Virus record (IMG/VR): IMGVR_UViG_3300020148_000032
Reading direction: 5' to 3' (one strand)
Source: a virus
Taxonomy: Duplodnaviria; Caudoviricetes
Length of the DNA stretch: 64,000 nucleotides
The notes under the pieces were generated by a model that searched no databases, was not told the DNA's origin, and saw only the letters and a list, made by a program, of their open reading frames with translations. Position numbers and translations under genes: made by a program. Below are positions 38,936 through 49,165 of the stretch, piece after piece; position 1 is the stretch's first letter, and each line of letters opens with the position of its first letter.

Positions 38936-40288
38936 TCAAGGAATTGGAGTCAATTTATATTTTTGTCCAGTAATTGCTCTAGCAAGTTTAGCAATCGCTT
39001 CTTTGAATGCTCCGTGTTGAAGTAACATATCCATTGATTGAGTGTTAGCAGCCAGCGCGGCGAGCTTTGGCTGTGAAGGAACAACAGTAATAATAGGTAA
39101 TCCACTTACAGCTTGTTTAATCTTATCATCAGAATTTACACCTGCAAGAGATTTGTTCACTACAATACCTATTTTATTTCGACTAATTCCCATTCCTTGC
39201 TTCTCACGAGGCCCAGTTGTTTCCCTAATCCATCGAGTCATAGAGAAGATAGAGTTGATTACAATGTCAGTAACGAAGACTATCTGATCTGCCATTGGGT
39301 AAGCGACCTTTTCAAGTAATGGGTCGAGATAATTAACGGAAGTGTCAAGAATGATATAATCATATCTTGATTTTAAGTTTTGCAATAGCTCTACGAAAAA
39401 TTCAGGTGGAAGATCATTAGCATGACGACCAAATTTAGGAGCTAAAAGTAAATCAATCCCTAACCTATTATTCTTAATAATAGTATCATCAATACTTTGC
39501 TCACTCATATTTCCCTTATGAATGTTAAGCATCGTTGGAGAATAATTATTAGTAATAAAACCTAACTGTCCATCACGCACGTCAAGATCAACTAAAAGAA
39601 TTTTTAATTTTTCTTTTTCCCTTTTCATCTTTACAGACTCGACAGAAGAAACAGCCATATAGTTAGCAAGAGTAATAGCAACAGTTGATTTACCAGATCC
39701 ACCTTTACTAGATGTAACAACAACTATTTGACCAAGGGTACCACTATTATTTACATTTTCTTTAGAAACGTTAAATTCGGACTGTCTTTCTTCTTCGTCC
39801 TCTTTTCTCTTCTTATTGAAATCCTCGGTTGAAGTGTTTCCAGAAATAATATCTGCAGTCTCTGTATTATCAGTTGTTCTCAAATAAAGAGATATTGCCT
39901 CATCTAAATCTTTCTTTGCCTGAGTTTTTGAAATAAAGTAATATTGAATTTGACCGCTATTGCTTGTAGCGTATGCTTCAGCTTCGATTCTTTCACGAAT
40001 CATGTCATTGTTTTCCGGGGTGTAATTAATAATACCTAGAAAACAATATGGAGCCATTGAATTAATAAGATTTTCGAACTCTTTATTTTCTCCGTTAGGA
40101 TCAAAGAAAGCATCATGAACAAGAAGTATTTGAACTTCACTATCTATAGTTCCGTCTCCAAGACCAGACCAAAGTTGAGCGATACTAGGAATTGAACCTT
40201 TAAAATCCCACGATGGATTCATTGCTGCAATTGCTTTTCCAATCTTCTCATTCCCAACGAATAATGCTGATGGATTTTTTTTCGTCAT
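38936..40288 (-). CDS. CpaE/TadZ-like (MinD/ParA-family) ATPase
   Basis: SKGGSGKST deviant Walker A, VDLD, YDYIILDT; N-terminal extra domain; Tad context. Confidence 0.8.
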   Translation of the reverse strand: MTKKNPSALFVGNEKIGKAIAAMNPSWDFKGSIPSIAQLWSGLGDGTIDSEVQILLVHDAFFDPNGENKEFENLINSMAPYCFLGIINYTPENNDMIRERIEAEAYATSNSGQIQYYFISKTQAKKDLDEAISLYLRTTDNTETADIISGNTSTEDFNKKRKEDEEERQSEFNVSKENVNNSGTLGQIVVVTSSKGGSGKSTVAITLANYMAVSSVESVKMKREKEKLKILLVDLDVRDGQLGFITNNYSPTMLNIHKGNMSEQSIDDTIIKNNRLGIDLLLAPKFGRHANDLPPEFFVELLQNLKSRYDYIILDTSVNYLDPLLEKVAYPMADQIVFVTDIVINSIFSMTRWIRETTGPREKQGMGISRNKIGIVVNKSLAGVNSDDKIKQAVSGLPIITVVPSQPKLAALAANTQSMDMLLQHGAFKEAIAKLARAITGQKYKLTPIP

Positions 40289-40339
40289 ATTAGGGCCTCG
40301 TCTTTCAAAAATATAATATATCTTTGGTGGTAGTTAAAA

Positions 40340-41380
40340 CTAGGGTTGTGGAGTTGGAGTAACGCTTGACTCCACAGTTGGTTCAACTGTAGCTTCAGTA
40401 GTTGGCTTGATTGTAGCCTCAACTGTTGGTTTAGTTGTTGGTGTAGTATCAATATCAGTATCAGTGTCTTTTGAAGGGTTGGTACCTTCACACTCAGTAG
40501 TGGCACTCCAGTTGAAGTGATTATTACCGGCTTTATCAATACATCCGTAAAGACCATTAATTGGACGACCATATTTGTCACGCTCAATGTCTTGGAAAGT
40601 GTAATTAGTAATTTCACCTGAATTAGATTCACCAGGCCATATCACACCATTCTCATAAATATTGTAACTAAATAGACCAGCGTATGAAGCTAATTGAGGT
40701 TTATTGTACTCGTTTTGTCTTGGAGAGAGAACAAGTTTAATGCTATTTCCATAACGAGAAACAATATCTTGAAGTAGTGCTGCATTTTCTGGAGACATAC
40801 CTACGACATATTGTGAAGTTTGACCAGATTTAGCTTCAGAAGTATCGGCAGCGTTATTTGATGATGCATTATTAAGATCAACAGAAGTATCAAGAACTAA
40901 TACGTTAACAAAAGGGTAGAAAGAACCTTCAGTAGTCGTGACAAGCATATCGAAGTAATAACCACGTTTAATACGTCCTCCAACAGCATCATCAGCATCT
41001 ACAGAGAAATTAGTAATAACCCAATTATCTGGCACTCCGACAGATATATCATCAAGGGCTCCAACGTTACTAGATGTAAGAATGTCGCCAGCTACAAGAG
41101 GATACTTAGAATAATAAGCTCCTGATTGAATTTCAGCAATTCCAAAAGATGTAGGAGGCTCAGTTCCGTCAGACGTTACTATTGCTGTTAACATGTCTGG
41201 AGTAATAAGAGTTCTTGTTGCAACATCTTGATTAATAACATAATAAGTGCTAGTCTGATAAATACTCTGTAAGAAAGTAAGTGTCCCCACAAACACAAGA
41301 ACAACTAAAACAGCAATTCCACCAAAAATGAGTTTATTGTTGGTTAAAGAATTCAAGCCTCTACTATTTTTTGCAGCCAT
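40340..41380 (-). CDS. CpaB/RcpC-like SAF-domain pilus assembly protein
   Basis: TM, SAF-like region (I..DML...PL.AGDILT), AVGGRIKRG.Y.D, NVLVL; Thr/Pro-rich tail. Confidence 0.8.
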   Translation of the reverse strand: MAAKNSRGLNSLTNNKLIFGGIAVLVVLVFVGTLTFLQSIYQTSTYYVINQDVATRTLITPDMLTAIVTSDGTEPPTSFGIAEIQSGAYYSKYPLVAGDILTSSNVGALDDISVGVPDNWVITNFSVDADDAVGGRIKRGYYFDMLVTTTEGSFYPFVNVLVLDTSVDLNNASSNNAADTSEAKSGQTSQYVVGMSPENAALLQDIVSRYGNSIKLVLSPRQNEYNKPQLASYAGLFSYNIYENGVIWPGESNSGEITNYTFQDIERDKYGRPINGLYGCIDKAGNNHFNWSATTECEGTNPSKDTDTDIDTTPTTKPTVEATIKPTTEATVEPTVESSVTPTPQP

Positions 41381-41433
41381 AGAAAGCGCACCTTTCTCCT
41401 TTTGTTTTTATAACAAAAATAATATCACTAAAG

Positions 41434-42591
41434 TTAAGAAACTTTTGTAAGCGGATTACTATTAAAGGCCTGAGCCCAATCTTTCTTCCAATTACTTATT
41501 TGTACTGTAGAGCATCTACCCAAAAAGTCTTGCATGAGACATTCCCCTTTTCGAAGACTTGGAAGGGTATCTTCAAATCCTTCATTTTCTGGAAGACCCA
41601 TATCATCAACGATCCTTAATGCCTCATCACTATCAGTTCTGAACGCAAACCTTGTAGAAATAGTGTTCTTAATGTCTAATCCGTCAAAATGACTAACATT
41701 TTGTGATAAAAGCATTAATCCAATATTTTTAGAACGACCAAGAAGAGCAACAGATTGAACAACTCCAGCTCCATATTTATTCATAAGAATATTCCAAGCC
41801 TCATCAATAATGAGCATTTTGGGTTGTTTAGAGTCCATATTTTCCATCACTTTACGAATAAAGTCTGTTAGAAGGAAAAGAATACCCGATACTAATCTTC
41901 CTGAATTACTCTTGGCTTCTTCCTCAGTTTTTGGTAACGGCATTCCCGGTAAAGTAACAATAGTGACACCTGTTTTGAAATTAATTAAGCCTCGGCTAGA
42001 ATTACCTGGAGCGAAGCATAGTTTTGAATATTTCATATTCTGAATAAGATCTAACTTAGTACCAAGATCTCTTGCTTCCTGACGTTGACTGCCTCTTAAT
42101 TCAAGAACAACTTTTTGTAATGAAGGGTTTGGCAAATCAATAATATCTTTAAGAATTGGCGCTAATACAGTCATCTGTGTATCACTAAGACCCCCTACGA
42201 AAAGGTCAATGACACTTACAGAAAGATTTAGCTTATCCTCGGGGGTATCTCCTAGGTTAAAAGGGTCAAGTATTCCTGCTCGACCACCGTTAGAGTCAGT
42301 TAAATTCCATAGGTTACATGAACCTAATTCTTTCTGAAGATTAGTAAGAGGAATAAAGTCACCTTTTGGATCAAGAACTACTGTAGTCTTACCTAAAACC
42401 CATGAGAGAGTAGTGACTGTTAATCCGAAGAATGTTTTACCACTACCTGGAGCTCCAGTAACAATAGAACATGGAGGTCTATTATTATACATTGGAGTGT
42501 TTGCGTCCCAAAATACTGGCATTTTTACGCCTCTTGTAGTTTCTCCAATGAACATACTAGATCCATATATGAAATCATTATCAATAGGCAT
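41434..42591 (-). CDS. VirB4/TcpF-like conjugative ATPase (short form)
   Basis: GAPGSGKTF, VLDPKGD, IIDEAW, GRSKN...SQ, FAFR, L.KGECLM.D..GR; probable start MPIDN at 42591. Confidence 0.82.
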   Translation of the reverse strand: MPIDNDFIYGSSMFIGETTRGVKMPVFWDANTPMYNNRPPCSIVTGAPGSGKTFFGLTVTTLSWVLGKTTVVLDPKGDFIPLTNLQKELGSCNLWNLTDSNGGRAGILDPFNLGDTPEDKLNLSVSVIDLFVGGLSDTQMTVLAPILKDIIDLPNPSLQKVVLELRGSQRQEARDLGTKLDLIQNMKYSKLCFAPGNSSRGLINFKTGVTIVTLPGMPLPKTEEEAKSNSGRLVSGILFLLTDFIRKVMENMDSKQPKMLIIDEAWNILMNKYGAGVVQSVALLGRSKNIGLMLLSQNVSHFDGLDIKNTISTRFAFRTDSDEALRIVDDMGLPENEGFEDTLPSLRKGECLMQDFLGRCSTVQISNWKKDWAQAFNSNPLTKVS

Positions 42592-43025
42592 TATTGACCG
42601 CCGTCCATTTGAGCAAGCTCTTGTAATTCTCTTCTTCTTGAGATCCAAATTTCAGATTCAACAAAATATTCATCGTCAAATGAATTAGTTGCATAAAGAT
42701 CATTCCAACCTTTTGGTTCTCGCATGTAATTTATAGACACTTTAGTGAAATCTAACAAACTTCTTCCAGCAAAAAGAGGTTTAGATCCGTAATACCCAAG
42801 GGCTATAGGTGGAGCTAGAGCAAAAGAAGCAAAAAAGATATTAAGGTGAATCCCGAAAATTAATACTATTGGGAGAGTCCATATAATAAGAAATACAGTA
42901 GTATAACCGACTTTTTTCAAAGAAACTGGTTTCTTGAATTTTATGTCTCCCAAAGAATACATGAAGAGCTCTCTATTAAAGAAGTTCGTCATGTTAATTG
43001 TAGTAAGATGATAATTATTAGACAT
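42591..43025 (-). CDS. TcpE-like conjugative membrane protein
   Basis: T.FF.RE...YSL.D...PV, 2 TM, PP...K...G..L; directly upstream of the VirB4-like gene. Confidence 0.65.
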   Translation of the reverse strand: MSNNYHLTTINMTNFFNRELFMYSLGDIKFKKPVSLKKVGYTTVFLIIWTLPIVLIFGIHLNIFFASFALAPPIALGYYGSKPLFAGRSLLDFTKVSINYMREPKGWNDLYATNSFDDEYFVESEIWISRRRELQELAQMDGGQ

Positions 43026-43030
43026 TAAAG

Positions 43031-43648
43031 TTATTCCTCAGTCATTAATTCTGGATTAATAATATATTGGTTAATATCATTTTCAGTCACTTCTTCAAAG
43101 TTTAGGATTATTTTAAATTTATCTTTCGAACCAGAAAGTCCACCATATCTAAAAGACATTTCAAGAAGATTTGTATATTGATCATCTTCCCACCAACTTG
43201 AATCAGTAAATCCATCAATAAGATGCTTAATAGTTGGATAAAGATTTGGGGGATCAAACCTTCTTTTTGACGGCGGACATACTGTTACAACTACTTTAAA
43301 TTTTTCAAACAAGAATGGGCATTTTATTTCAGAACTCTTAACTTCATGATGAAGAAGATCAATTTTGTCTAGTTCCTCTTTTATCGCTTCTTCACTTTCA
43401 CCCTTTTTATTCATTCTTTTTCTCGTGCGGGCTTTAGCTGTTGCAATTTCAGCCTCATGATTAATAGCATTAAGCCTTTCTTGAGCTTTTATTGGGTCAA
43501 TGTGTTCTAAAACACCAATGTCAGCAGCCATATTTCTAAGATTAGATGCAATTTTAGATTTCACTATATAATGATTAGGCATTGCATTAGAATTAAGTAG
43601 CTCTCCTCGCGAAAGCTCGAAAACTACTTCTTTTTTTAATAAAGACAT
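43031..43648 (-). CDS. RusA-like Holliday junction resolvase
   Basis: LLNSN..H, RRFDPPNLYPTIK.LIDG.TD...W.DD. Confidence 0.65.
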   Translation of the reverse strand: MSLLKKEVVFELSRGELLNSNAMPNHYIVKSKIASNLRNMAADIGVLEHIDPIKAQERLNAINHEAEIATAKARTRKRMNKKGESEEAIKEELDKIDLLHHEVKSSEIKCPFLFEKFKVVVTVCPPSKRRFDPPNLYPTIKHLIDGFTDSSWWEDDQYTNLLEMSFRYGGLSGSKDKFKIILNFEEVTENDINQYIINPELMTEE

Positions 43649-43662
43649 ATATTTCCTTTATC

Positions 43663-44613
43663 TTATAGATTTTTAATATTATTAATAAGTCGTCTTGTAA
43701 AGTAAATACCAAAAACGTAAAGTACTGCTACAACAATAAGAACTATCCAAGAAATTGGATTAACAAACCAGAAAGCGCGAGCACCAGAATCAAAGAGGTA
43801 TGTTACTAGGAATGAACCTGGAATTACGAAAGTAGAAACAAGAATAGAAGGCATAGTCGCATTAGACGCTCTACTTATCTCGTTACTAATTTTTTGACGG
43901 TCATTAAGAACATTCTGAATAGTAGCAATCTGATGTTCAATATTAGTTCCACTGTTAGAGGCTTGAATCATACATGCAGCCAAAAATTTTAAATCATTAG
44001 AGGAGGTTTTAGCGGATAATTCATCAAGAGCTTCTTTGAAAGTTGCATTAGCAAGCAATCTGTTCTTTACAATAATAAGATCATCGTAAAGAGGGCTTGG
44101 CATACTATCAACAACTTTAATGAGAGCCCTTTCAGGAGTTTCATTTGCCTGAATGTTAGCTTTTAGAGCAAAAAGAAAACCTGGAAGTTGATTGTTAATA
44201 GCGTCAGATTTTTTATTAATAAGAATGTTAATTCCAATAGAAAGCAACCATAAACTAATTCCAGCAACAGCAATTCCTACAAGAGGGTTCATGAAAAGTG
44301 TGGAGAAAAGAACAGCCAATGCAAGACTGATTACAATAATATCTCTACCACCAGTATTGTCAGAATCAGAATAGCGAGCAAGTCCTGTTTCTTTCAGAAT
44401 TTTACCCCAGTGAGTACTCCATCTGTAGTAAAGAGTATTCTTTAACTGCTCTGTTTCAAATTCGTCTTCAAAGATTGCTTGTAATTGATCTTCGTAAGTT
44501 TTATTAGACCCATTCTTTTTAAAGATTAAATATCCAAGAGCTATAATAAGGCCGATAACAACAGCAATACCAGCAGCCATTAAATAAATAAAGTAAGGGC
44601 TATTTAGAGGCAT
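43663..44613 (-). CDS. tadB: TadB-like (T2SSF domain) pilus platform protein
   Basis: QLP.FL..L...I.A, P.PL..., AL..L..., G.N, C-terminal TM pair. Confidence 0.75.
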   Translation of the reverse strand: MPLNSPYFIYLMAAGIAVVIGLIIALGYLIFKKNGSNKTYEDQLQAIFEDEFETEQLKNTLYYRWSTHWGKILKETGLARYSDSDNTGGRDIIVISLALAVLFSTLFMNPLVGIAVAGISLWLLSIGINILINKKSDAINNQLPGFLFALKANIQANETPERALIKVVDSMPSPLYDDLIIVKNRLLANATFKEALDELSAKTSSNDLKFLAACMIQASNSGTNIEHQIATIQNVLNDRQKISNEISRASNATMPSILVSTFVIPGSFLVTYLFDSGARAFWFVNPISWIVLIVVAVLYVFGIYFTRRLINNIKNL

Positions 44614-44614
44614 C

Positions 44615-46471
44615 TTATTCTCCGTATTCTATTTTACTCAATTCGACTAGCTCTTCCCAATTGAGGTCCTTTTCAATATCAAGGTGGCGTCTCTGTCGGC
44701 GAGTCTCGCTCATACTTCCAACTTTAACCCAATCCCCAAATATTCTACCATCTTGAGTTAAACCTTTGTTATTAAATTTCCAAAGAGGTTTAGTTTTTAA
44801 TGTTAATTGTCCGTCTTTCCCACGAGTTGCAACAGTATCGATTTCAGAAATTGAAGAAATTCTACGCGAACCATCAACAGGATAGTGTTCTAGATAGATA
44901 ACAAAATCAAATGCGGCAGCAATAAGAGGATAAATAGATTCTCCGTGAGCAAGACCACTTTGAGCCACAAGGGAAGCAATACGATAAATACCGTCAGCTT
45001 CATCATTAGCGTGAAGAGTAGAAGCTCCAAAATGACCAGTGTTTAAAGCTTGGCACAAATCATATGCTGCTCCATCAGTAACCTCACCAATAATAATTCC
45101 GTCAGGCCTTAATTGTAGAGAGGCTTTAACAAGATCTCTCATTGTAACACCCTCTCCTTCACGATCTGCTCGTGATGGAATACATTCCATAGCAGCAGCT
45201 AGGAACTTATTAGGGTTCGGCTTCATTTCGAGGTTATCTTCGAGAGTAAGAATTCTTACAGAATCTCTATAGAACCCAGTAAGGGCATTTAACATAGAGG
45301 TTTTACCTGTAGAAGTACCCCCTAGAACTAGGAAAGAACATCCTTTATAAATAAGGTTTCCAATTTCAGTCATCATTGGAATACTTGCTGAACCTTTAGA
45401 AATAATACCTTCTGGAGTCCAATATCCTGCTGGATGACGTCGGATAGAGAAGTTAGGTCCTTCTGGAGCTACACTATTATGTACTGCAAACATTCTACTC
45501 TTATCATGCAGTCTACCTTTAACAAGAGGGGTAGTTCGAGAAACGTTTTTCCCTATAGAAGCGTAAAGTTTTTCAATAAGACCCATCATGTGATCTACAT
45601 CTCTGAATTTACATGATGGGACTTTGTAAAGCTGCCCAGCTATTTCTACTTGAACATCAAAAGGTCCATTACAAATAATTTCATCAATCCTTCGGTCTCT
45701 CCATAAAGGATCAAGTCGTCCCATACCTAGAAGCTCATTAATCACCATTATTGATACAAGTTGACGTTCAATTCCTTTATAAGGAAGTTTATCAAGTTCT
45801 GTTAAAAGAATTGAATTAATAGTACGGTATGCGTTATCCTGAAGGGCGTCATTAGTTGGGTCATTTTGAGCATTACCAATAATAGAGGATTGTCCGTTAT
45901 TAGTGACTTGATTTTGAACTGAAACCAGAGTTTTTCTTATATGATCTTCATATTTATCGAAATATCCATAAGGCGCGCTAAGGAGAATCTCTGCAGTAAG
46001 GAATCGCGCTCTTTTAATACCACCAGCAGGATACTTATCCATTAATGATTGAGATGACTTTTCAAGAGCTCTTAATATTTCATCACCAGAAACATGATAT
46101 TGCGAATTATTGTAACGGTCTTTTGATTCTTGAGTTGCAACATATGTTGATAATTCTTCATCCTCAAAAGCATCAATAAAAGGATTATTTGTTGGATTAA
46201 TAGGCAATCCACTTCCAGCATTAGGTTTTTGAGGTTGGACTGTAACCTCTTTTTCTTCTATGTTATTAGTTTTGTCTACAGGTGTAGAAACTTGAGGAAC
46301 AACAAAGTCTTGCATAATAGCTGGTTTTTGATCGAAGCTTTGTAATGGTTCAATATTAGTATTATTTTGACTCTCAGCATTAACTGGCTGGAAGACACCA
46401 GGGGTGGAATTATTAATAACGGCTTGATTATCAACCTTTGGTTCTTCGTCTTCAAAAGGACTAAAACTCAT
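44615..46471 (-). CDS. tadA: TadA/CpaF pilus ATPase with low-complexity N-terminus
   Basis: G.G.LDPL..D..I.EI..NGP, GGTSTGKTS, TLED..E, LRPD.IIIGEV, ALNTGH.G.STLHAN. Confidence 0.9.
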   Translation of the reverse strand: MSFSPFEDEEPKVDNQAVINNSTPGVFQPVNAESQNNTNIEPLQSFDQKPAIMQDFVVPQVSTPVDKTNNIEEKEVTVQPQKPNAGSGLPINPTNNPFIDAFEDEELSTYVATQESKDRYNNSQYHVSGDEILRALEKSSQSLMDKYPAGGIKRARFLTAEILLSAPYGYFDKYEDHIRKTLVSVQNQVTNNGQSSIIGNAQNDPTNDALQDNAYRTINSILLTELDKLPYKGIERQLVSIMVINELLGMGRLDPLWRDRRIDEIICNGPFDVQVEIAGQLYKVPSCKFRDVDHMMGLIEKLYASIGKNVSRTTPLVKGRLHDKSRMFAVHNSVAPEGPNFSIRRHPAGYWTPEGIISKGSASIPMMTEIGNLIYKGCSFLVLGGTSTGKTSMLNALTGFYRDSVRILTLEDNLEMKPNPNKFLAAAMECIPSRADREGEGVTMRDLVKASLQLRPDGIIIGEVTDGAAYDLCQALNTGHFGASTLHANDEADGIYRIASLVAQSGLAHGESIYPLIAAAFDFVIYLEHYPVDGSRRISSISEIDTVATRGKDGQLTLKTKPLWKFNNKGLTQDGRIFGDWVKVGSMSETRRQRRHLDIEKDLNWEELVELSKIEYGE

Positions 46472-46474
46472 TTT

Positions 46475-47377
46475 TTACGCTCCAAACGATGAAATAAGAG
46501 AGTATACAGCAGGGGTACCAACAACAAGCACAAGCGCTGGCAAAAGAGTAGGAATAAGAACAATCACCATTTTATGTTCTAGAGAGGCGGTTTTTGATCT
46601 AATAACAGCAAAGAAGTCTTGTCTAGAAGCGTCAGCTCTTGATTGGAGAATTTCAATCATAGGGACATTCAACTCATTTGCTTCTTGAACAGCTCTAATA
46701 AAAGTAGTAATATTTTCGTTAGGAGCTCTATTCGCAAAATCGTTAAGAGCCTCTGACATACCTTTACCAGCATCTAAAGATCTACTAATATCTCTGAATT
46801 CCTCTTTAAGGACTCCAGGTTTCATATTAGGGATGGACTCTCTTAAAGCTTGATTGAATGTATTGCCTCCCGAAAGAGAAATAATAAGTAAATCAAGAGC
46901 ATCAGGTAATGACCTTTTGAATTCTAAATCTCTTTCTTTTGCATAAGAGGAATACTTTATTCTAGGTATAAAGAAACCAAAAATTACTCCAAAAGGAATA
47001 AAGATAAACCAAGGAATTGTAATAACTGTTGCAAGAACAAACCAAAGAACGACTGATATGATAGCGCCTAAGAAACCTGTAATATATTGGAAGAATACAA
47101 ATTCATTTGGAGTTAGTTTCCATGGATTTCCTGATTTAGTAAGCAATGATTGAACTCTATTATAACCAGGTCTAGAATTCCTGTCAAGCATGCTAGCAGG
47201 AAGTGTAGAATGCAATTCTCCACCAACATATGTCACAAGCTTTAAAAGCTTGTTTTTACTTTGTTCTTCTTTATTATTTGGCGCGAAACTTTCTGTAGAT
47301 CGCGGAACAAAAATAGCATATGTAAATAATCCTGCTATAAGAGAAAGAAGAACAGAAATGACTATAGGATTATCCAT
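46475..47377 (-). CDS. tadC: TadC-like (T2SSF domain) pilus platform protein
   Basis: LPDALDLL...L.GG..F.QAL, EF......L.AG....AL, flanking TM helices. Confidence 0.8.
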   Translation of the reverse strand: MDNPIVISVLLSLIAGLFTYAIFVPRSTESFAPNNKEEQSKNKLLKLVTYVGGELHSTLPASMLDRNSRPGYNRVQSLLTKSGNPWKLTPNEFVFFQYITGFLGAIISVVLWFVLATVITIPWFIFIPFGVIFGFFIPRIKYSSYAKERDLEFKRSLPDALDLLIISLSGGNTFNQALRESIPNMKPGVLKEEFRDISRSLDAGKGMSEALNDFANRAPNENITTFIRAVQEANELNVPMIEILQSRADASRQDFFAVIRSKTASLEHKMVIVLIPTLLPALVLVVGTPAVYSLISSFGA

Positions 47378-47422
47378 ACTGTTTCCTAACTATTCGACTA
47401 CATTTTAATATCACTATAAACA

Positions 47423-47455
47423 TCTTTGGGGACCAACAATCGTTGGTCCCCAAAG
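47423..47455 (-). terminator. Intrinsic terminator after pilin gene
   Basis: CTTTGGGGACCAAC-AATC-GTTGGTCCCCAAAG. Confidence 0.8.
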
Positions 47456-47476
47456 GAAAGACTAACTTAATATAAA

Positions 47477-47761
47477 TTAGCTACCGAAGCGATCTTGCCA
47501 GCTTGCATCATCCTGATAAGAATCATCAATTCCATCACCATCTGCACAAGCAGTAATAGAATCTGATGCATTCAAAGCGTTTGAACCTTCAATACAAGCT
47601 GCAACATCTGAACCTTTGTTAAGAACAGCAGATGAAATCCACCCTACGAAAAGAATTGCAGCGATAGCGAAACCTGCTACAAGAATAATAGTCTCAACAA
47701 GACTACCTCTTTCGTCGTTCTTATTGAAAGATTCTTTAATCTTATTAATGAATTTTCTCAT
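47477..47761 (-). CDS. Flp/Tad-type pilin
   Basis: Basic leader, DERG/SLVE class-III-like signal, hydrophobic helix; own terminator. Confidence 0.75.
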   Translation of the reverse strand: MRKFINKIKESFNKNDERGSLVETIILVAGFAIAAILFVGWISSAVLNKGSDVAACIEGSNALNASDSITACADGDGIDDSYQDDASWQDRFGS

Positions 47762-47836
47762 TGGAATTCCTCATTTTATAGTTAACTTTGTCGAAACTAG
47801 GCCTTATAATGTCCCGACAATAAAAATATCAGGAAA

Positions 47837-47886
47837 AATAAAAGAATCGACACAATATTTTCTATATCATGTCGATTCTTTATTTA
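47837..47886 (-). terminator. Intrinsic terminator
   Basis: AAATAAAAGAATCGACA...TGTCGATTCTTTTATTT. Confidence 0.75.
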
Positions 47887-47895
47887 GTTAACTAT

Positions 47896-48852
47896 TTAAC
47901 TAAGGATTTTTTCAACTTCCGAGATGCTCCACTTCCACATTGCGAGCGATTTCTTCACAATAAGTTCTTTCCACTCAACAAGAGAATCTTTGTCTTTCAT
48001 TACATCTTTAGTAAGAGGATAGAATGTTCTAATTACTTCAAAAACGAGTGCGCGTGCGCGAGTGTGAGAACCGGCTGACATATCAGGTTTCTCCATCTTA
48101 CCTTCATAAATACCAAGTTGTATTTCATTAGAAGCATGAAGAAGAACTTTAGCGAGAGTCGTTCGTGCAGTATCTGAAAGTTCTCCTAATTCAGGATTAG
48201 AACGCTCGTAATCCAGAACGAAAGAGTACAGGTTAAGAGGAACACTAACAGCAATACTTCCTACGTTAATAGTTCCGTCATTATTACGAGTGATATATGG
48301 AGCGGGCTCGAATCCATTATTATTTGCTGCAGGACGCGCGGCTGAAGGAGAGGTTACTTTACCTCCAGTGAAAGATTCAAGATCCATAGCGTATGGGTCA
48401 ACATGTGAAGCATCAACTGGATCCTCCTCAAAACGTGTCTTCATATAAGGAGAGGTAGTCCAATTTTCATCATCGGCTCTTTTAACAGCGGCGAGCGAAC
48501 GGAACGTGTTGTCTCTGGCAGCAGCCATATTACCCTTAGGAGCAAGTTCATCAATAGTCTTAGTGCGATCAACATTGTCTTTACGGCGTTGCTCAATACG
48601 GAAATGAATTGCTTCACCTGATTCAGAGGCGGCTTTAACTATTGCCATTACTGGATCATCAATAGGCGCCCAACCAGCTGGTAAATATTTAGTATTTTCA
48701 ACACGGAATGAAACATTCTGTGATTTTCCCTTATCAGAAGGGTTAATTTTTTCAGGAACCCCAAAACCGGTGATTACCTTTACCTCAGCTCTTACACCGT
48801 TCTCATCAATTTTGTCATGTGTGATAAACGGTTTTCTTGAATATGTATCCAT
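47896..48852 (-). CDS. Hypothetical protein
   Basis: 318-aa ORF with RBS and extended -10 (TGGTAAAAT). Confidence 0.75.
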   Translation of the reverse strand: MDTYSRKPFITHDKIDENGVRAEVKVITGFGVPEKINPSDKGKSQNVSFRVENTKYLPAGWAPIDDPVMAIVKAASESGEAIHFRIEQRRKDNVDRTKTIDELAPKGNMAAARDNTFRSLAAVKRADDENWTTSPYMKTRFEEDPVDASHVDPYAMDLESFTGGKVTSPSAARPAANNNGFEPAPYITRNNDGTINVGSIAVSVPLNLYSFVLDYERSNPELGELSDTARTTLAKVLLHASNEIQLGIYEGKMEKPDMSAGSHTRARALVFEVIRTFYPLTKDVMKDKDSLVEWKELIVKKSLAMWKWSISEVEKILS

Positions 48853-48931
48853 CTTTCATAGTCCTTTACTTACTTGAACGGAATAATTCCGAATACATCT
48901 ATTTTACCAACTAGATCTATAAAAAGAACGA

Positions 48932-49162
48932 TTATGATGGAGCAGAGACACCTTCTCTAAAGAGTGGATTATCAGAAAAAATTTCAGAAATTTTGATAAC
49001 AATTCCCGATAATACAGTCCAAAGCCAGTCAACAATTCCAAAAAGATCCCAATTAAAATGACGAGCAAAAGCAAGGAGCATTCCAGCTATTACAAGAAAA
49101 AATAAACCCTTCATTAAGAAGTTTGAAATAGATCTTCCAATACTACGCATTATATACTCCAA
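48932..49162 (-). CDS. Small membrane protein
   Basis: 76 aa, hydrophobic. Confidence 0.6.
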   Translation of the reverse strand: MEYIMRSIGRSISNFLMKGLFFLVIAGMLLAFARHFNWDLFGIVDWLWTVLSGIVIKISEIFSDNPLFREGVSAPS

Positions 49163-49165
49163 AAA

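Noticed and set aside
40285-40632. 115-aa Leu/Gln-rich ORF
   Set aside because: Alternative frame of the repetitive Thr/Pro tail of cpaB.
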